Of a stretch of 64,000 nucleotides of DNA, positions 28,780-40,442 are shown one piece after another; the stretch's first letter is position 1, and every line of letters begins with the position of its first letter. A program made the position numbers and the translations under genes. Under the pieces are notes generated by a model. It made no database searches, was not told the origin of the DNA, and saw only the letters and a list, made by a program, of their open reading frames with translations. Where the stretch lies: positions 151,159-215,158 of the forward strand of contig JAGWAR010000001.1 in NCBI GenBank assembly GCA_021296325.1, in the 5' to 3' direction. Origin of the DNA: Alphaproteobacteria bacterium. GTDB taxonomy: Bacteria > Pseudomonadota > Alphaproteobacteria > GCA-2746255.

Positions 28780-29813
28780 TGGGAAAAACCGCCATCGTGC
28801 TTTTCAATCTGGGCGGGCCGGACCGGCCGGAAGCGGTGCAGCCGTTTCTGTTCAACCTGTTCAACGACCGCGCCATCCTGCGCCTGCCCCAACCCATGCG
28901 CTACGTTCTGGCGCGCCTGATTTCAAGCCGGCGCGCGCCGGTCGCCCGGGAAATCTACGCCCATCTCGGCGGTGGCTCGCCGATCCTGCCCTTCACGCAG
29001 GATCAGGCGCTGGCCCTTGAGGCGGCGCTGGCTTCCCGCGGCGAAGATCACGAATACCGCGCCTTTATTGCCATGCGCTACTGGCACCCGATGAGCCTGG
29101 AAACGGCGGCGGCGGTGAAGGCCTTTGCGCCGGACGAGGTCGTGCTGTTGCCGCTCTATCCGCAATTCTCGACGACGACGAGCGCCTCTTCCCTGGCGGC
29201 CTGGCAAAAAGCGGCCGCCACGGTGGGCCTGGAGGTGCCCGCTTACGCGGTCTGCTGCTATCCCTTGGCCTCCGGATTCTGCCGGGCCGTCGCCGGGTTG
29301 CTCGGTAAGACGCTTGACGAGCAGGGCGGGAAACCCCGCGTGCTTTTCTCGGCCCACGGGTTGCCGAAGAAGATCGTCGCGGCGGGCGATCCTTACGCGT
29401 GGCAGGTGAACGAAACGGCAAAGCGCGTCGTCGCGATCCTCGACCGTCCCGAACTTGACTGGACGGTCTGTTACCAGAGCAAGGTCGGGCCGCTGGAATG
29501 GACCGGGCCATCGCTTGACGACGAAATCAAGCGCGCCGCCAAAGACCGCGTCGCGGTTGTCGTCGTTCCGATCGCCTTCGTCTCGGAACATTCCGAGACG
29601 CTGGTCGAGCTTGACATCCAGTATCGCGAAATGGCGGCGGGCGAAGGCGTTCCGGGTTACGCGCGCGTGGCCACAGTGGGCAGCGCGCCGGAATTCGTGC
29701 AAGCCCTGGCCGAGCTTGCAACCCGGGCGCGGCAACGCGGGCTTGCCCTTGGGTCGGCAGACGGCGCGCGCTTTTGCCCGGAAAGCTTTTTAGGCTGTCC
29801 AAACCATGAATAA
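28779..29813 (+). CDS. hemH: Ferrochelatase
   Basis: 344 aa. Its ATG overlaps the hemE stop by 1 nt (TGATG). Motifs LFNLGGPD, LPLYPQFS and SAHGLP. Confidence 0.95.
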   Translation: MGKTAIVLFNLGGPDRPEAVQPFLFNLFNDRAILRLPQPMRYVLARLISSRRAPVAREIYAHLGGGSPILPFTQDQALALEAALASRGEDHEYRAFIAMRYWHPMSLETAAAVKAFAPDEVVLLPLYPQFSTTTSASSLAAWQKAAATVGLEVPAYAVCCYPLASGFCRAVAGLLGKTLDEQGGKPRVLFSAHGLPKKIVAAGDPYAWQVNETAKRVVAILDRPELDWTVCYQSKVGPLEWTGPSLDDEIKRAAKDRVAVVVVPIAFVSEHSETLVELDIQYREMAAGEGVPGYARVATVGSAPEFVQALAELATRARQRGLALGSADGARFCPESFLGCPNHE

Positions 29814-29837
29814 ACGCAGGCCGCACGAAAGGAAGCG

Positions 29838-30290
29838 GTGATGGAAGCCTTGTTGACGGAAGGGTACGACTGGATTCGGGCTCTGCACGTTATTTCCGTC
29901 ATCGCCTGGATGGCGGGCATGCTTTACCTGCCGCGACTCTACGTGTACCACGCCGACGCCGCAGCCGGCGGCGAAGCTTCCGAGATGCTGAAGGTAATGG
30001 AACGCCGCCTGCTTCGCGTCATCATCAATCCGGCCATGCTTGCCGCCTTTCTTTTCGGCATTCTTTTGTTGCTGACCCCGGGCGTGGTGGACTGGTCGGC
30101 CGGGTGGATTTACGCGAAGCTTGCGCTTGTCTTCGGGATGGCGGGGTTTCACGGGCATCTTTCCAGATGGCGCAAGGATTTTGCGGCAGACCGCAACGAA
30201 CGGCCGGCCACGTTCTACCGAAAGGTGAACGAGGTGCCGACGGTGCTGATGATCGGGATCGTCATCCTGGTGGTCGTGAAACCCTTTTGA
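29838..30290 (+). CDS. hemJ: Protoporphyrinogen IX oxidase HemJ family (UPF0093/CopD-like small membrane protein)
   Basis: 150 aa with 4 predicted TM helices. N-terminus WIRALHVISVIAWMAGMLYLPRLYVYHA, as in characterised HemJ. Lies directly after hemE-hemH. Confidence 0.7.
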   Translation: MMEALLTEGYDWIRALHVISVIAWMAGMLYLPRLYVYHADAAAGGEASEMLKVMERRLLRVIINPAMLAAFLFGILLLLTPGVVDWSAGWIYAKLALVFGMAGFHGHLSRWRKDFAADRNERPATFYRKVNEVPTVLMIGIVILVVVKPF

Positions 30291-30514
30291 CGGCGCCGTC
30301 GCCCCGGACACGCCGCGAACTCCGGGTTTGACTTCCCGCCCCCCCTTCGGTACTGTTTTTTGTCGAGCGGGGCATTCTCACCCGCACCTCATCTGAAAAT
30401 CGAAATGACTGCCGGACCTGTCCCGGGAGTCTATGAACAAGCTTCGAACCTTCAGGCCGCGCCTCGACCCTTCCCCGGCGATTGCCGCACCCCTCGCAAC
30501 CTAGATGAAATTCC
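30291..30514 (+). promoter_or_regulatory. Long 5' leader/promoter region of rho (likely site of Rho autoregulatory attenuation)
   Basis: 224-nt non-coding C-rich, G-poor stretch immediately upstream of rho. No ORF with coding signal. Confidence 0.4.
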
Positions 30515-31771
30515 ATGAAATTACAGGAACTTAAGACCAAAGCCCCGGCGGACCTTCTGGCCTTTGCCGAGGAGCTTCAGATCGAAAACGCAAGTTCGCT
30601 TCGCAAGCAGGACATGATGTTTGCGATCTTGAAGCAGTTGGCCGAGAACGACACCGCCATTTTCGGCGACGGTGTTCTCGAAATTCTTCAGGACGGATTC
30701 GGATTCCTGCGCTCGCCGGAGGCAAACTACCTTCCCGGCCCGGACGACATCTACGTCTCGCCGAGCCAGATCCGCCGCTTCGGCCTTCGCACGGGTGATA
30801 CCGTCGAAGGGCAGATCCGCGCCCCGAAGGATGGCGAGCGCTACTTCGCGCTTCTGAAAGTAAACGCCATCAACTTCGAGAAGCCCGAAGCCACCCGTCA
30901 CCGGATCAATTTCGACAACCTGACGCCGCTTTATCCGCAGGACAAAATCAGTCTCGAAATCGAAGATCCGAAAGTAAAGGACGTCACGTCACGGGTGATC
31001 GATCTCATCGCACCGCTTGGCAAGGGACAGCGCGCCCTGATCGTGGCGCCGCCGCGTACCGGCAAGACGATGATGCTGCAGAACATCGCCCACTCGATCA
31101 TGGCAAACCACGAAGAGTGCTATTTGATCGTTCTTCTGGTGGACGAACGTCCCGAAGAAGTGACCGACATGGCGCGCTCGGTGCGCGGCGAAGTGATCAG
31201 CTCGACCTTCGACGAACCGGCCGTGCGTCACGTACAGGTTGCCGAGATGGTGATCGAGAAGGCGAAGCGTCTCGTTGAGCACAAGCGCGACGTCATCATT
31301 CTTCTTGATTCGATCACGCGCCTGGCGCGCGCCTACAACTCCGTCGTGCCGTCTTCCGGCAAGGTGTTGACGGGCGGCGTCGACGCCAACGCGCTGCAGC
31401 GTCCAAAGCGTTTTTTCGGTGCCGCGCGGAATATCGAGGAAGGCGGATCGCTGACGATCGTTGCCACCGCGTTGATCGATACCGGCTCGCGCATGGACGA
31501 AGTGATCTTCGAAGAGTTCAAGGGCACGGGCAATTCGGAAATCATTCTCGACCGCAAGCTTTCCGACAAGCGCACCTTCCCGTCTATCGACATCACGAAA
31601 TCTGGCACCCGCAAGGAAGAGCTGCTGGTCGACAAGGGCCGGCTGTCGAAGATGTGGGTGCTGCGCCGCATCCTGATGCCGATGGGGCCGACGGATGGAA
31701 TGGAGTTCCTGCTCGACAAGCTGAAATCGACGAAGAACAACGACGACTTCTTCGACTCGATGAACACCTGA
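30515..31771 (+). CDS. rho: Transcription termination factor Rho
   Basis: 418 aa with an N-terminal RNA-binding domain, Walker A APPRTGKT and RecA-like core motifs. Confidence 0.95.
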   Translation: MKLQELKTKAPADLLAFAEELQIENASSLRKQDMMFAILKQLAENDTAIFGDGVLEILQDGFGFLRSPEANYLPGPDDIYVSPSQIRRFGLRTGDTVEGQIRAPKDGERYFALLKVNAINFEKPEATRHRINFDNLTPLYPQDKISLEIEDPKVKDVTSRVIDLIAPLGKGQRALIVAPPRTGKTMMLQNIAHSIMANHEECYLIVLLVDERPEEVTDMARSVRGEVISSTFDEPAVRHVQVAEMVIEKAKRLVEHKRDVIILLDSITRLARAYNSVVPSSGKVLTGGVDANALQRPKRFFGAARNIEEGGSLTIVATALIDTGSRMDEVIFEEFKGTGNSEIILDRKLSDKRTFPSIDITKSGTRKEELLVDKGRLSKMWVLRRILMPMGPTDGMEFLLDKLKSTKNNDDFFDSMNT

Positions 31772-32758
31772 TCAGGGCCGAAAAATCGAAGCGCCCGTCG
31801 TTCGCCTGGCCTCGATGTCACGGTGGGCGTCGGCGGCATCCCGCAAGGCGTAGGTCTTGCGAATGTCAATGGTGAACACGCCGTTGCGCACGGCGTCGAA
31901 CACGTCCGCCGCCGTTCCGAGCAGGTCTTCCCGTTTCGCGATATAGGTGAACAGCGAAGGCCGCGTCAGAAAAAGCGACCCTTTTGCCATTAACTCGATA
32001 ACGTCGAACGGCGGAATCTTTCCCGAGGACTGTCCAAAACTTATCATGATTCCAAGATGTTGCAGGCAATCCAGAGAGCCTGCGAAGGTATCCCTTCCGA
32101 CCGAATCGTAGACGGCGGCAACGCCGGCACCGTTTGTCACCTCGCGCACGCGGGCGACGAAATCCTCTTCCCGGTAAAGGATCGGATGGTCGCAACCGTG
32201 ACGGGCGGCAAGCTCGGCCTTCGCCCTGCTTCCCACCGTGCCGAGGACGGTCGCCCCCAGATGCTTTGCCCACTGGCAGAGGATAAGGCCGACTCCGCCA
32301 GCCGCGGCATGCACGAGTATGATCTCCCCCTTTTTCACCCGATGGCTGCGGCGAAGCAGGTAGTGAGCGGTCATGCCCTTGACCATGAGGCCGGCGGCGC
32401 GCTCGTCAGGAAGGTCGTCCGGAAGCTTGACGAGGCTTGCGGCGGGAAGGAGGCGACGTTCCGCATAGGCGCCGAGCAATGGCGAGGCATAGGCTACGCG
32501 GTCGCCGGGACACAGCTCGCCCACGCCTTCGCCGACGGCTTCAACGATGCCCGCCGCCTCGACGCCCGGCACGGCGGGAAGGGAAGGCGCCGGGTAAAGC
32601 CCGCTTCGCACATAGGTGTCGTGGAAATTGAAACCAATCGCCGTGTGGCGAAGGCGCACCTCGCCGGGGGCGGGGGCCGCGATCGGCAGCGTTTCCCAAC
32701 GGAGGACCTCCGGCCCCCCGGTTTCACGAAAAGCGATGGCGCCGGTCGTTTCGACCAT
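31772..32758 (-). CDS. qor: NADPH:quinone reductase (zinc-type alcohol dehydrogenase superfamily)
   Basis: 328 aa, MDR fold, with the NAD(P)-binding motif AAAGGVGL. Confidence 0.85.
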   Translation of the reverse strand: MVETTGAIAFRETGGPEVLRWETLPIAAPAPGEVRLRHTAIGFNFHDTYVRSGLYPAPSLPAVPGVEAAGIVEAVGEGVGELCPGDRVAYASPLLGAYAERRLLPAASLVKLPDDLPDERAAGLMVKGMTAHYLLRRSHRVKKGEIILVHAAAGGVGLILCQWAKHLGATVLGTVGSRAKAELAARHGCDHPILYREEDFVARVREVTNGAGVAAVYDSVGRDTFAGSLDCLQHLGIMISFGQSSGKIPPFDVIELMAKGSLFLTRPSLFTYIAKREDLLGTAADVFDAVRNGVFTIDIRKTYALRDAADAHRDIEARRTTGASIFRP

Positions 32759-32762
32759 GCGT

Positions 32763-33458
32763 TTAGGCTAGGTGTTCCTTCAGAAAATCGAAGGTGCGTT
32801 GATTGGCAAGCTCGGCCGCTTCCTGATTGTAGGTGACGCCTTTTTCGCGCGCGAAGGCGTGGTCGACCTTGGGGTAGGAATGAATCGTCACGAAGGTGCG
32901 GGAATGCAGAGCGCGCTTGATTTCCGCCTGGGCCTCCTTCGATACGAACTGGTCCGCTTCGGCGATGTGCAACATCAGCGGGCGCAGGATGGCGTTCGCT
33001 TCCTCGAGCGCTCCTTCGATGCCGACCCCGTAGTAGGAAACGGAGCAATCCGCATCCGAACGCGTCGCCATCAGATAGGCGAGCTTCCCGCCCAGGCAAT
33101 ACCCGACGGCGCCAACGCCGCCCTGGCACTCCGGCAGGTTGCGCAGGTAAAAGAGCGTGGCAATCAGATCCTGTACGCCTTTCGCCTCGTTGAAGCCCTG
33201 GTAGAGCGCGAAGGCCTGGTCCCATTCCTCCTGGCTTTGATCGGTGAGCTGGATGCCTGGCTCCTGACGCCAGAAGAGGTCCGGACAGGCAACGAGGAAT
33301 CCCGCCTTGGCAAAGCGGTCGGCCTTTTCCCGCATCTCCTTGTTGACGCCGAAGATTTCCTGGATGAGCACGAGGCCCGGCGCGGTGCTCGCCTTGGGCT
33401 TCGCGAGGTAGGCGGAAAACTCGCCTCCGTCGGAGGCGCGGATCGAGACGTCACTCAT
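32763..33458 (-). CDS. Dienelactone hydrolase family protein
   Basis: 231 aa alpha/beta hydrolase with a GYCLGG nucleophile elbow, typical of carboxymethylenebutenolidase. Confidence 0.8.
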   Translation of the reverse strand: MSDVSIRASDGGEFSAYLAKPKASTAPGLVLIQEIFGVNKEMREKADRFAKAGFLVACPDLFWRQEPGIQLTDQSQEEWDQAFALYQGFNEAKGVQDLIATLFYLRNLPECQGGVGAVGYCLGGKLAYLMATRSDADCSVSYYGVGIEGALEEANAILRPLMLHIAEADQFVSKEAQAEIKRALHSRTFVTIHSYPKVDHAFAREKGVTYNQEAAELANQRTFDFLKEHLA

Positions 33459-33533
33459 GGCTTCCCCCAGTTTGGGTTGCGCGGTTTTTCTACCCGGCTC
33501 TTCGGAAAAGGATATCCCCGGGGTGCCGCCTTG

Positions 33534-33998
33534 TCATCCGGGCCGGGCCTCGACGTGCACGCCCTCCAGGGCAAGCAGGCGCAGTTTCGTGCCGACCCCG
33601 CCTTTCGCGGAATAGCCGCCAAGCCCGCCATGGGTGCCGAGCACCCGGTGACAGGGGATGAAAATCGGAATGGGGTTGCGCGAGCTGGCACCGCCCACCG
33701 CCCGCGGCCCGCTCTTCAACGCCTTGGCGATATCGCCATAGCTTTGGGTCTTGCCGTAGGGGATCTTCAGCATGGATTGCCAGACAGCCTGCTGGAAGGC
33801 GGTGCCCTGGGGCGCAAGGGGCAGATCGAAATCCTGGCGCGTCCCCTCCAGGTAGGCGTTCAGCTGATCCCGCGCCTCGCAAAGAACCGGGGTTTCTTCG
33901 CCATTTTGCACGGTTCCCCAATAAAGCCCGGTGATCTTGCCGCCTTCTTCCGCGAGCGTGATCGCGCCGATCGGAGTCTCGAATGAAAGCTTTGACAT
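33534..33998 (-). CDS. ogt: Methylated-DNA--protein-cysteine methyltransferase
   Basis: From MSKLSFETPIG, with the active-site PCHRV motif (IPCHRVLG). Confidence 0.85.
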   Translation of the reverse strand: MSKLSFETPIGAITLAEEGGKITGLYWGTVQNGEETPVLCEARDQLNAYLEGTRQDFDLPLAPQGTAFQQAVWQSMLKIPYGKTQSYGDIAKALKSGPRAVGGASSRNPIPIFIPCHRVLGTHGGLGGYSAKGGVGTKLRLLALEGVHVEARPG

Positions 33999-34011
33999 CG
34001 TCTTCTCCTTG

Positions 34012-36045
<2,034 letters not shown>

Positions 36046-36164
36046 GAACGTCCCGGGGAAGCAGGTAAAATTGGCGGCATTGCTAGGGATTATCCCATGC
36101 CTTACTTTGCTTCGTAAGTGCCTTCTTCGTCCACGGACGAACCGGAACCAGAGAAACAAAACCG

Positions 36165-36515
36165 ATGTCCCGAGAACCGGAAGCCCCGCCGCTGCGTTAC
36201 CGCAAGCACGTCTTCGTTTGCATGAACGAACGCCCGGCCGACGATCCCAGGGGGTGTTGCGCGGCGAAGGGAAGTCCCGCGATCCGCGAATACATGAAGC
36301 GCCGCGCGAAAGAGCTTGGCCTCAGCGACATCCGGATCAACCAGGCAGGCTGTCTGGACGTGTGCGAGGCTGGCCCGGCCCTGGTCGTCTATCCGGAGGG
36401 CGTATGGTATCGCTGTGAAACAAAACGGGACGCCGATGAAATTCTTCTCGTCCACCTTCGGGATGACGGCCGCGTTCCCCGCCTGATGCTCGATCGCGAC
36501 GAAAAGAGCGGATAA
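36165..36515 (+). CDS. Thioredoxin-like [2Fe-2S] ferredoxin (NuoE-like fold)
   Basis: 116 aa with four Cys in the NuoE/thioredoxin-like [2Fe-2S] pattern (CMNER...GCC...C...CLDVCEAGP). Only 15 nt upstream of mnmE. Confidence 0.7.
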   Translation: MSREPEAPPLRYRKHVFVCMNERPADDPRGCCAAKGSPAIREYMKRRAKELGLSDIRINQAGCLDVCEAGPALVVYPEGVWYRCETKRDADEILLVHLRDDGRVPRLMLDRDEKSG

Positions 36516-36530
36516 GGGCAACCCACGCCC

Positions 36531-37865
36531 ATGCACCAGGACACGATCTTTGCCCTTGGCAGCGGACAGGCCCGTGCTGGGATCGCGGTGATTCGGATTT
36601 CCGGCGTGCGGGCGGGCGAGGCGCTGGCGCGTCTCTCCGGCGCCGCCCTGCCCGAGGCGCGCCGCGCGACCCGGGTCCGGCTTAGCGACCCCGAAACGGG
36701 CGAGGCGCTGGACAACGGCCTTGCCCTTTGGTTTCCGCCGCCGAAAAGCTTTACCGGCGAGGCGGTGGCCGAGCTGCACCTGCATGGCGGGCGGGCTTGC
36801 GTCGAGGGCGTGCTTGCCGCCCTGGCCCGCCTGCCGGGTCTGCGGCTCGCGGATCCCGGCGAATTTACCCGCCGCGCCTTCGAAAACGCCAAGCTCGACC
36901 TCACCGAGGTGGAGGGCCTGGCCGACCTGATCCAGGCGGAAACGGCGGCCCAACGCCGCCAGGCGCTGCGCCAGTTCGAAGGGGCGTTGGGCGAACGCAC
37001 CGAAGGCTGGCGGGAAACGCTGCTTCACGCCCTGGCCCGCATGGAGGCCGCTATCGATTTCGTGGATGAGGAATTGCCGCAGGACGTGATCGCCCGCGCC
37101 GGCGAAAGGGTTGAGAAAATTTCTGCGGAAATCCGCGCCCATCTCGACGACAACCGGCGGGGCGAGCGGCTGCGCGAAGGTTTCCGGATCGTGCTGCTGG
37201 GCGCGCCCAACGCCGGAAAATCGACGCTTCTCAACGCGATCGCCCAACGCGAGGCGGCGATCGTTTCGGAAGAGCCGGGTACGACCCGCGATATCGTCGA
37301 AGTCGGACTCGATCTCGGCGGCTTTCCGGTGGTGGTGGCCGACACCGCCGGCCTTCGGGAATCCGAAGGCGCGGTCGAGCAGGAAGGCGTGCGCCGCGCC
37401 CGGGCGCGCGCCCGGGAATCGGACCTAAGGATGACCTTGTTCGACGGAAAAATATGGCCGGCATGCGATCCGGAGACCCGGGCCCTGGTGGATGAAAACA
37501 CCCTGCCGGTCATCACGAAGGCGGACCTTCACGCAAAAATCGAAGACCCGCGCATCGGCGACGTTGCGGCGATCTCCCTTTCCGCCAAGACCGGGGAGGG
37601 CATGGACGTTCTTCTGAAGCGTCTGGAGAAGGAAATCACGGCCCGCATGGAAGGCAGCGAAACCGCGCCTTTGACGCGGCTTCGCCACCGGCGGCATCTG
37701 GAGGAATGCGTGGAGGCGCTCGAAAGATTCCCGAAGGCTACGGGGCCGGAGCTCGCGGCGGAGGATCTCCGCCTTGCCGTCCGCGCCCTTGGCCGGATCA
37801 CCGGCCGGGTCGACGTCGAGGAAGTGCTCGACCGGCTCTTCGCCGAGTTCTGCATCGGCAAGTAA
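36531..37865 (+). CDS. mnmE: tRNA modification GTPase MnmE (TrmE)
   Basis: 444 aa with a G domain (GAPNAGKSTLLN, DTAGLR) and the C-terminal CIGK motif. Confidence 0.95.
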   Translation: MHQDTIFALGSGQARAGIAVIRISGVRAGEALARLSGAALPEARRATRVRLSDPETGEALDNGLALWFPPPKSFTGEAVAELHLHGGRACVEGVLAALARLPGLRLADPGEFTRRAFENAKLDLTEVEGLADLIQAETAAQRRQALRQFEGALGERTEGWRETLLHALARMEAAIDFVDEELPQDVIARAGERVEKISAEIRAHLDDNRRGERLREGFRIVLLGAPNAGKSTLLNAIAQREAAIVSEEPGTTRDIVEVGLDLGGFPVVVADTAGLRESEGAVEQEGVRRARARARESDLRMTLFDGKIWPACDPETRALVDENTLPVITKADLHAKIEDPRIGDVAAISLSAKTGEGMDVLLKRLEKEITARMEGSETAPLTRLRHRRHLEECVEALERFPKATGPELAAEDLRLAVRALGRITGRVDVEEVLDRLFAEFCIGK

Positions 37866-37919
37866 ATCCGACCCTCGGACCGTTTTGACAAGAATCGGGG
37901 CGGCGACTAGTTTGCCGCC

Positions 37920-39800
37920 ATGAAACCGGACCAGTACGACGTGATCGTGGTGGGTGGCGGCCACGCCGGCACCGAAGCGGCGGCGGCGGCGGCGCGGGCT
38001 GGCGCGCGCACGCTGTTGCTTACGCACCGGCTCGACACGATTGGCGAGATGTCCTGCAACCCGGCCATCGGGGGGGTCGGCAAGGGCCACCTGGTCCGCG
38101 AGATCGACGCCCTGGATGGCCTTATGGGCCGCGCCATTGACCGCGCCGGCATCCAGTTCCGCGTGCTCAACCGGAGCCGGGGCCCCGCCGTGCGCGGCCC
38201 CCGCGCCCAGGCCGACCGCAAGCTCTACAAGCGGGCGATGGCGGAAATCCTGAAGGCAATCCCCAATCTCGAGCTTCGCGCGGCGGCGGCGGGCGATCTC
38301 CTGCTCGATGAAAATAATAAGCAAATTCAAGGTGTTATTACGGAGGCCGGGGAGCGGATCCGGGCCGGCGCCGTGGTGCTTACGACCGGCACCTTCCTCG
38401 GCGGGCTGATCCACATCGGAACGAAGGCGATCCCGGCCGGCCGGGTCAGCGAGGCGGCTTCCTACGGGCTTTCGAGGACACTACACCGTGCAGGGTTCCG
38501 CCTGGGCCGGCTCAAGACCGGCACGCCGCCGCGGCTCGACGGGCAGACCATCGACTGGGCGGGGCTTACGCCCCAGCCGGGCGACGAACCGCCCGAGCCC
38601 TTTTCGATGCTGACCGAAAAGATCACAACGGAACAAATCGTCTGCCACCTCACCGGTACGACGCCGGAAAGCCACGCGCTGATTCGCCAGCACCTGCACC
38701 TTTCGCCGATCTATTCCGGACAGATCGCAAGCGCGGGCCCGCGTTACTGCCCCTCCATCGAAGACAAGGTCGTACGGTTCGCCGAACGCGAACGTCACCA
38801 GATTTTTCTCGAGCCGGAAGGACTGGACGACGCCACCGTTTATCCGAACGGCATTTCCACGTCGCTTCCGGAGGACGTGCAAACCGCGTTGCTGAAAACG
38901 ATTCCGGGTTTGGAACATGCGCGCATGTTGCGGCCCGGCTACGCCATCGAATACGATTACGTCGATCCGCGGGAGCTTACGCAAACCCTTGAAACAAAAA
39001 GGATTTTAGGACTTTTTCTGGCCGGGCAAATCAACGGGACAACGGGCTACGAGGAAGCCGGCGCGCAAGGCATCCTCGCCGGTTTTAACGCCGCCCTTTT
39101 TGTTTCGAAGAGCAATGCGTTCACGTTGGACCGCACCGACGCCTATATGGGCGTGCTGATCGACGATTTGATTACCCAGGGCGTGAGCGAGCCCTATCGT
39201 ATGTTTACTTCGCGCGCCGAATACCGGTTGAAGCTTCGCGCCGACAATGCCGATCAGCGATTGACCGAAAAGGGAATCGCCATCGGCGGCGTGGGCGCGA
39301 CGCGCGCGCGCCATTTCACGGAAAAACAAACCGCGCTTGTTCAGGCACGCGCACGGATGGAGGCCCTGTCGGCCACGCCGACCGAACTGGCGCGCCACGG
39401 CCTTGCCGTCAGCCGCGACGGCGTCCGGCGCCGCGCCGCCGCGTGGCTGGCCCATCCGGGGCTGAATCTGGAACGCCTGGCGGCGGTCTGGCCGGAAGTC
39501 GGAGATTTTCGCCGCGACGTCGCCGAGCAGCTCGAGATCGATGCCCGCTATGCCGCCTATTTCGAGCGTCAGGAGGCGGATATCTGCGCCTTTCGCCGGG
39601 ACGAGGCGCTGGAGCTGCCGGCGGATCTCGATTTCGGGGCCGTCGGCGGCCTTTCCAACGAGGCGCGGACAAAGCTCGCCTCCGCCCGCCCGGCCACGCT
39701 GGGCGCGGCGGCGCGGATCGCCGGCGTCACCCCGGCCGCGCTCACCGCGCTTCTCGCCCATGTCCGACGGAAATCCAGCCGCCGGTCACGGGTCGCCTGA
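37920..39800 (+). CDS. mnmG: tRNA uridine-5-carboxymethylaminomethyl synthesis enzyme MnmG (GidA)
   Basis: 626 aa with the FAD motif [15 protein letters not shown] and a GidA fold. Confidence 0.95.
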   Translation: MKPDQYDVIVVGGGHAGTEAAAAAARAGARTLLLTHRLDTIGEMSCNPAIGGVGKGHLVREIDALDGLMGRAIDRAGIQFRVLNRSRGPAVRGPRAQADRKLYKRAMAEILKAIPNLELRAAAAGDLLLDENNKQIQGVITEAGERIRAGAVVLTTGTFLGGLIHIGTKAIPAGRVSEAASYGLSRTLHRAGFRLGRLKTGTPPRLDGQTIDWAGLTPQPGDEPPEPFSMLTEKITTEQIVCHLTGTTPESHALIRQHLHLSPIYSGQIASAGPRYCPSIEDKVVRFAERERHQIFLEPEGLDDATVYPNGISTSLPEDVQTALLKTIPGLEHARMLRPGYAIEYDYVDPRELTQTLETKRILGLFLAGQINGTTGYEEAGAQGILAGFNAALFVSKSNAFTLDRTDAYMGVLIDDLITQGVSEPYRMFTSRAEYRLKLRADNADQRLTEKGIAIGGVGATRARHFTEKQTALVQARARMEALSATPTELARHGLAVSRDGVRRRAAAWLAHPGLNLERLAAVWPEVGDFRRDVAEQLEIDARYAAYFERQEADICAFRRDEALELPADLDFGAVGGLSNEARTKLASARPATLGAAARIAGVTPAALTALLAHVRRKSSRRSRVA

Positions 39801-39809
39801 CGCCGCCCC

Positions 39810-40442
39810 GTGGGAACGGCTGCCCTCTCTCCACTAAAAATTGAAGAATTTCAATCACTTACCAATGTTTCACGTGAAACATGCGACCGTCTGGCGGCCT
39901 ATTTGCGGCTGTTGGAACGCTGGCAGCAGCGAATCAATCTGGTCGGGGCCGGGAGCCTCGCCGATCCCTGGCGCCGTCATTTCCTGGATTCGGCCCAGCT
40001 TCTGCCACTTCTGCCGAAAGCCGCCTGTTCCCTGGTCGATCTGGGCAGCGGCGCTGGCTTTCCCGGCCTGGTTCTGGGCATTCTTGGGGTGCCGGAAATC
40101 CATCTCGTGGAAAGCGACGGCCGGAAAGGCGCCTTCCTGCAAGAAGCCGCCCGGGAAACCGGGGTTTCCGCGGTGGTCCACGCAGACCGGATCGAGAATT
40201 TGACACCCTTTCCGGCCGATGTGGTGACAGCCAGGGCCCTTGCCCCCCTTGATTCCCTGCTTTCCCTGGCCCTGCCTTTCCTGGATTCGGGCGCTACCGG
40301 CCTTTTTTTGAAAGGCAGGGGCGTTTTTGAGGAATTGACCGTCGCTGAAAAAAGCTGGAAGATGGCGATCGAGCAATTTCCGAGTCAATCGGACCCTGAT
40401 GGGGTGATTCTTCGCTTGGGAAACCTCCGCCGTGTCACATGA
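39810..40442 (+). CDS. rsmG: 16S rRNA (guanine527-N7)-methyltransferase RsmG (GidB)
   Basis: 210 aa with the SAM motif DLGSGAGFPGL. Follows mnmG by 9 nt and overlaps the parA start. Confidence 0.9.
   Translation: MGTAALSPLKIEEFQSLTNVSRETCDRLAAYLRLLERWQQRINLVGAGSLADPWRRHFLDSAQLLPLLPKAACSLVDLGSGAGFPGLVLGILGVPEIHLVESDGRKGAFLQEAARETGVSAVVHADRIENLTPFPADVVTARALAPLDSLLSLALPFLDSGATGLFLKGRGVFEELTVAEKSWKMAIEQFPSQSDPDGVILRLGNLRRVT
39866..39881. other. parS: parS centromere-like site: perfect 16-bp palindrome TGTTTCACGTGAAACA inside the rsmG coding sequence
   Basis: Exact match to the consensus ParB-binding parS at 39866-39881, about 550 bp upstream of parA. I found no second copy with 2 or fewer mismatches at 37.9-42.3 kb. 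Confidence 0.7.
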
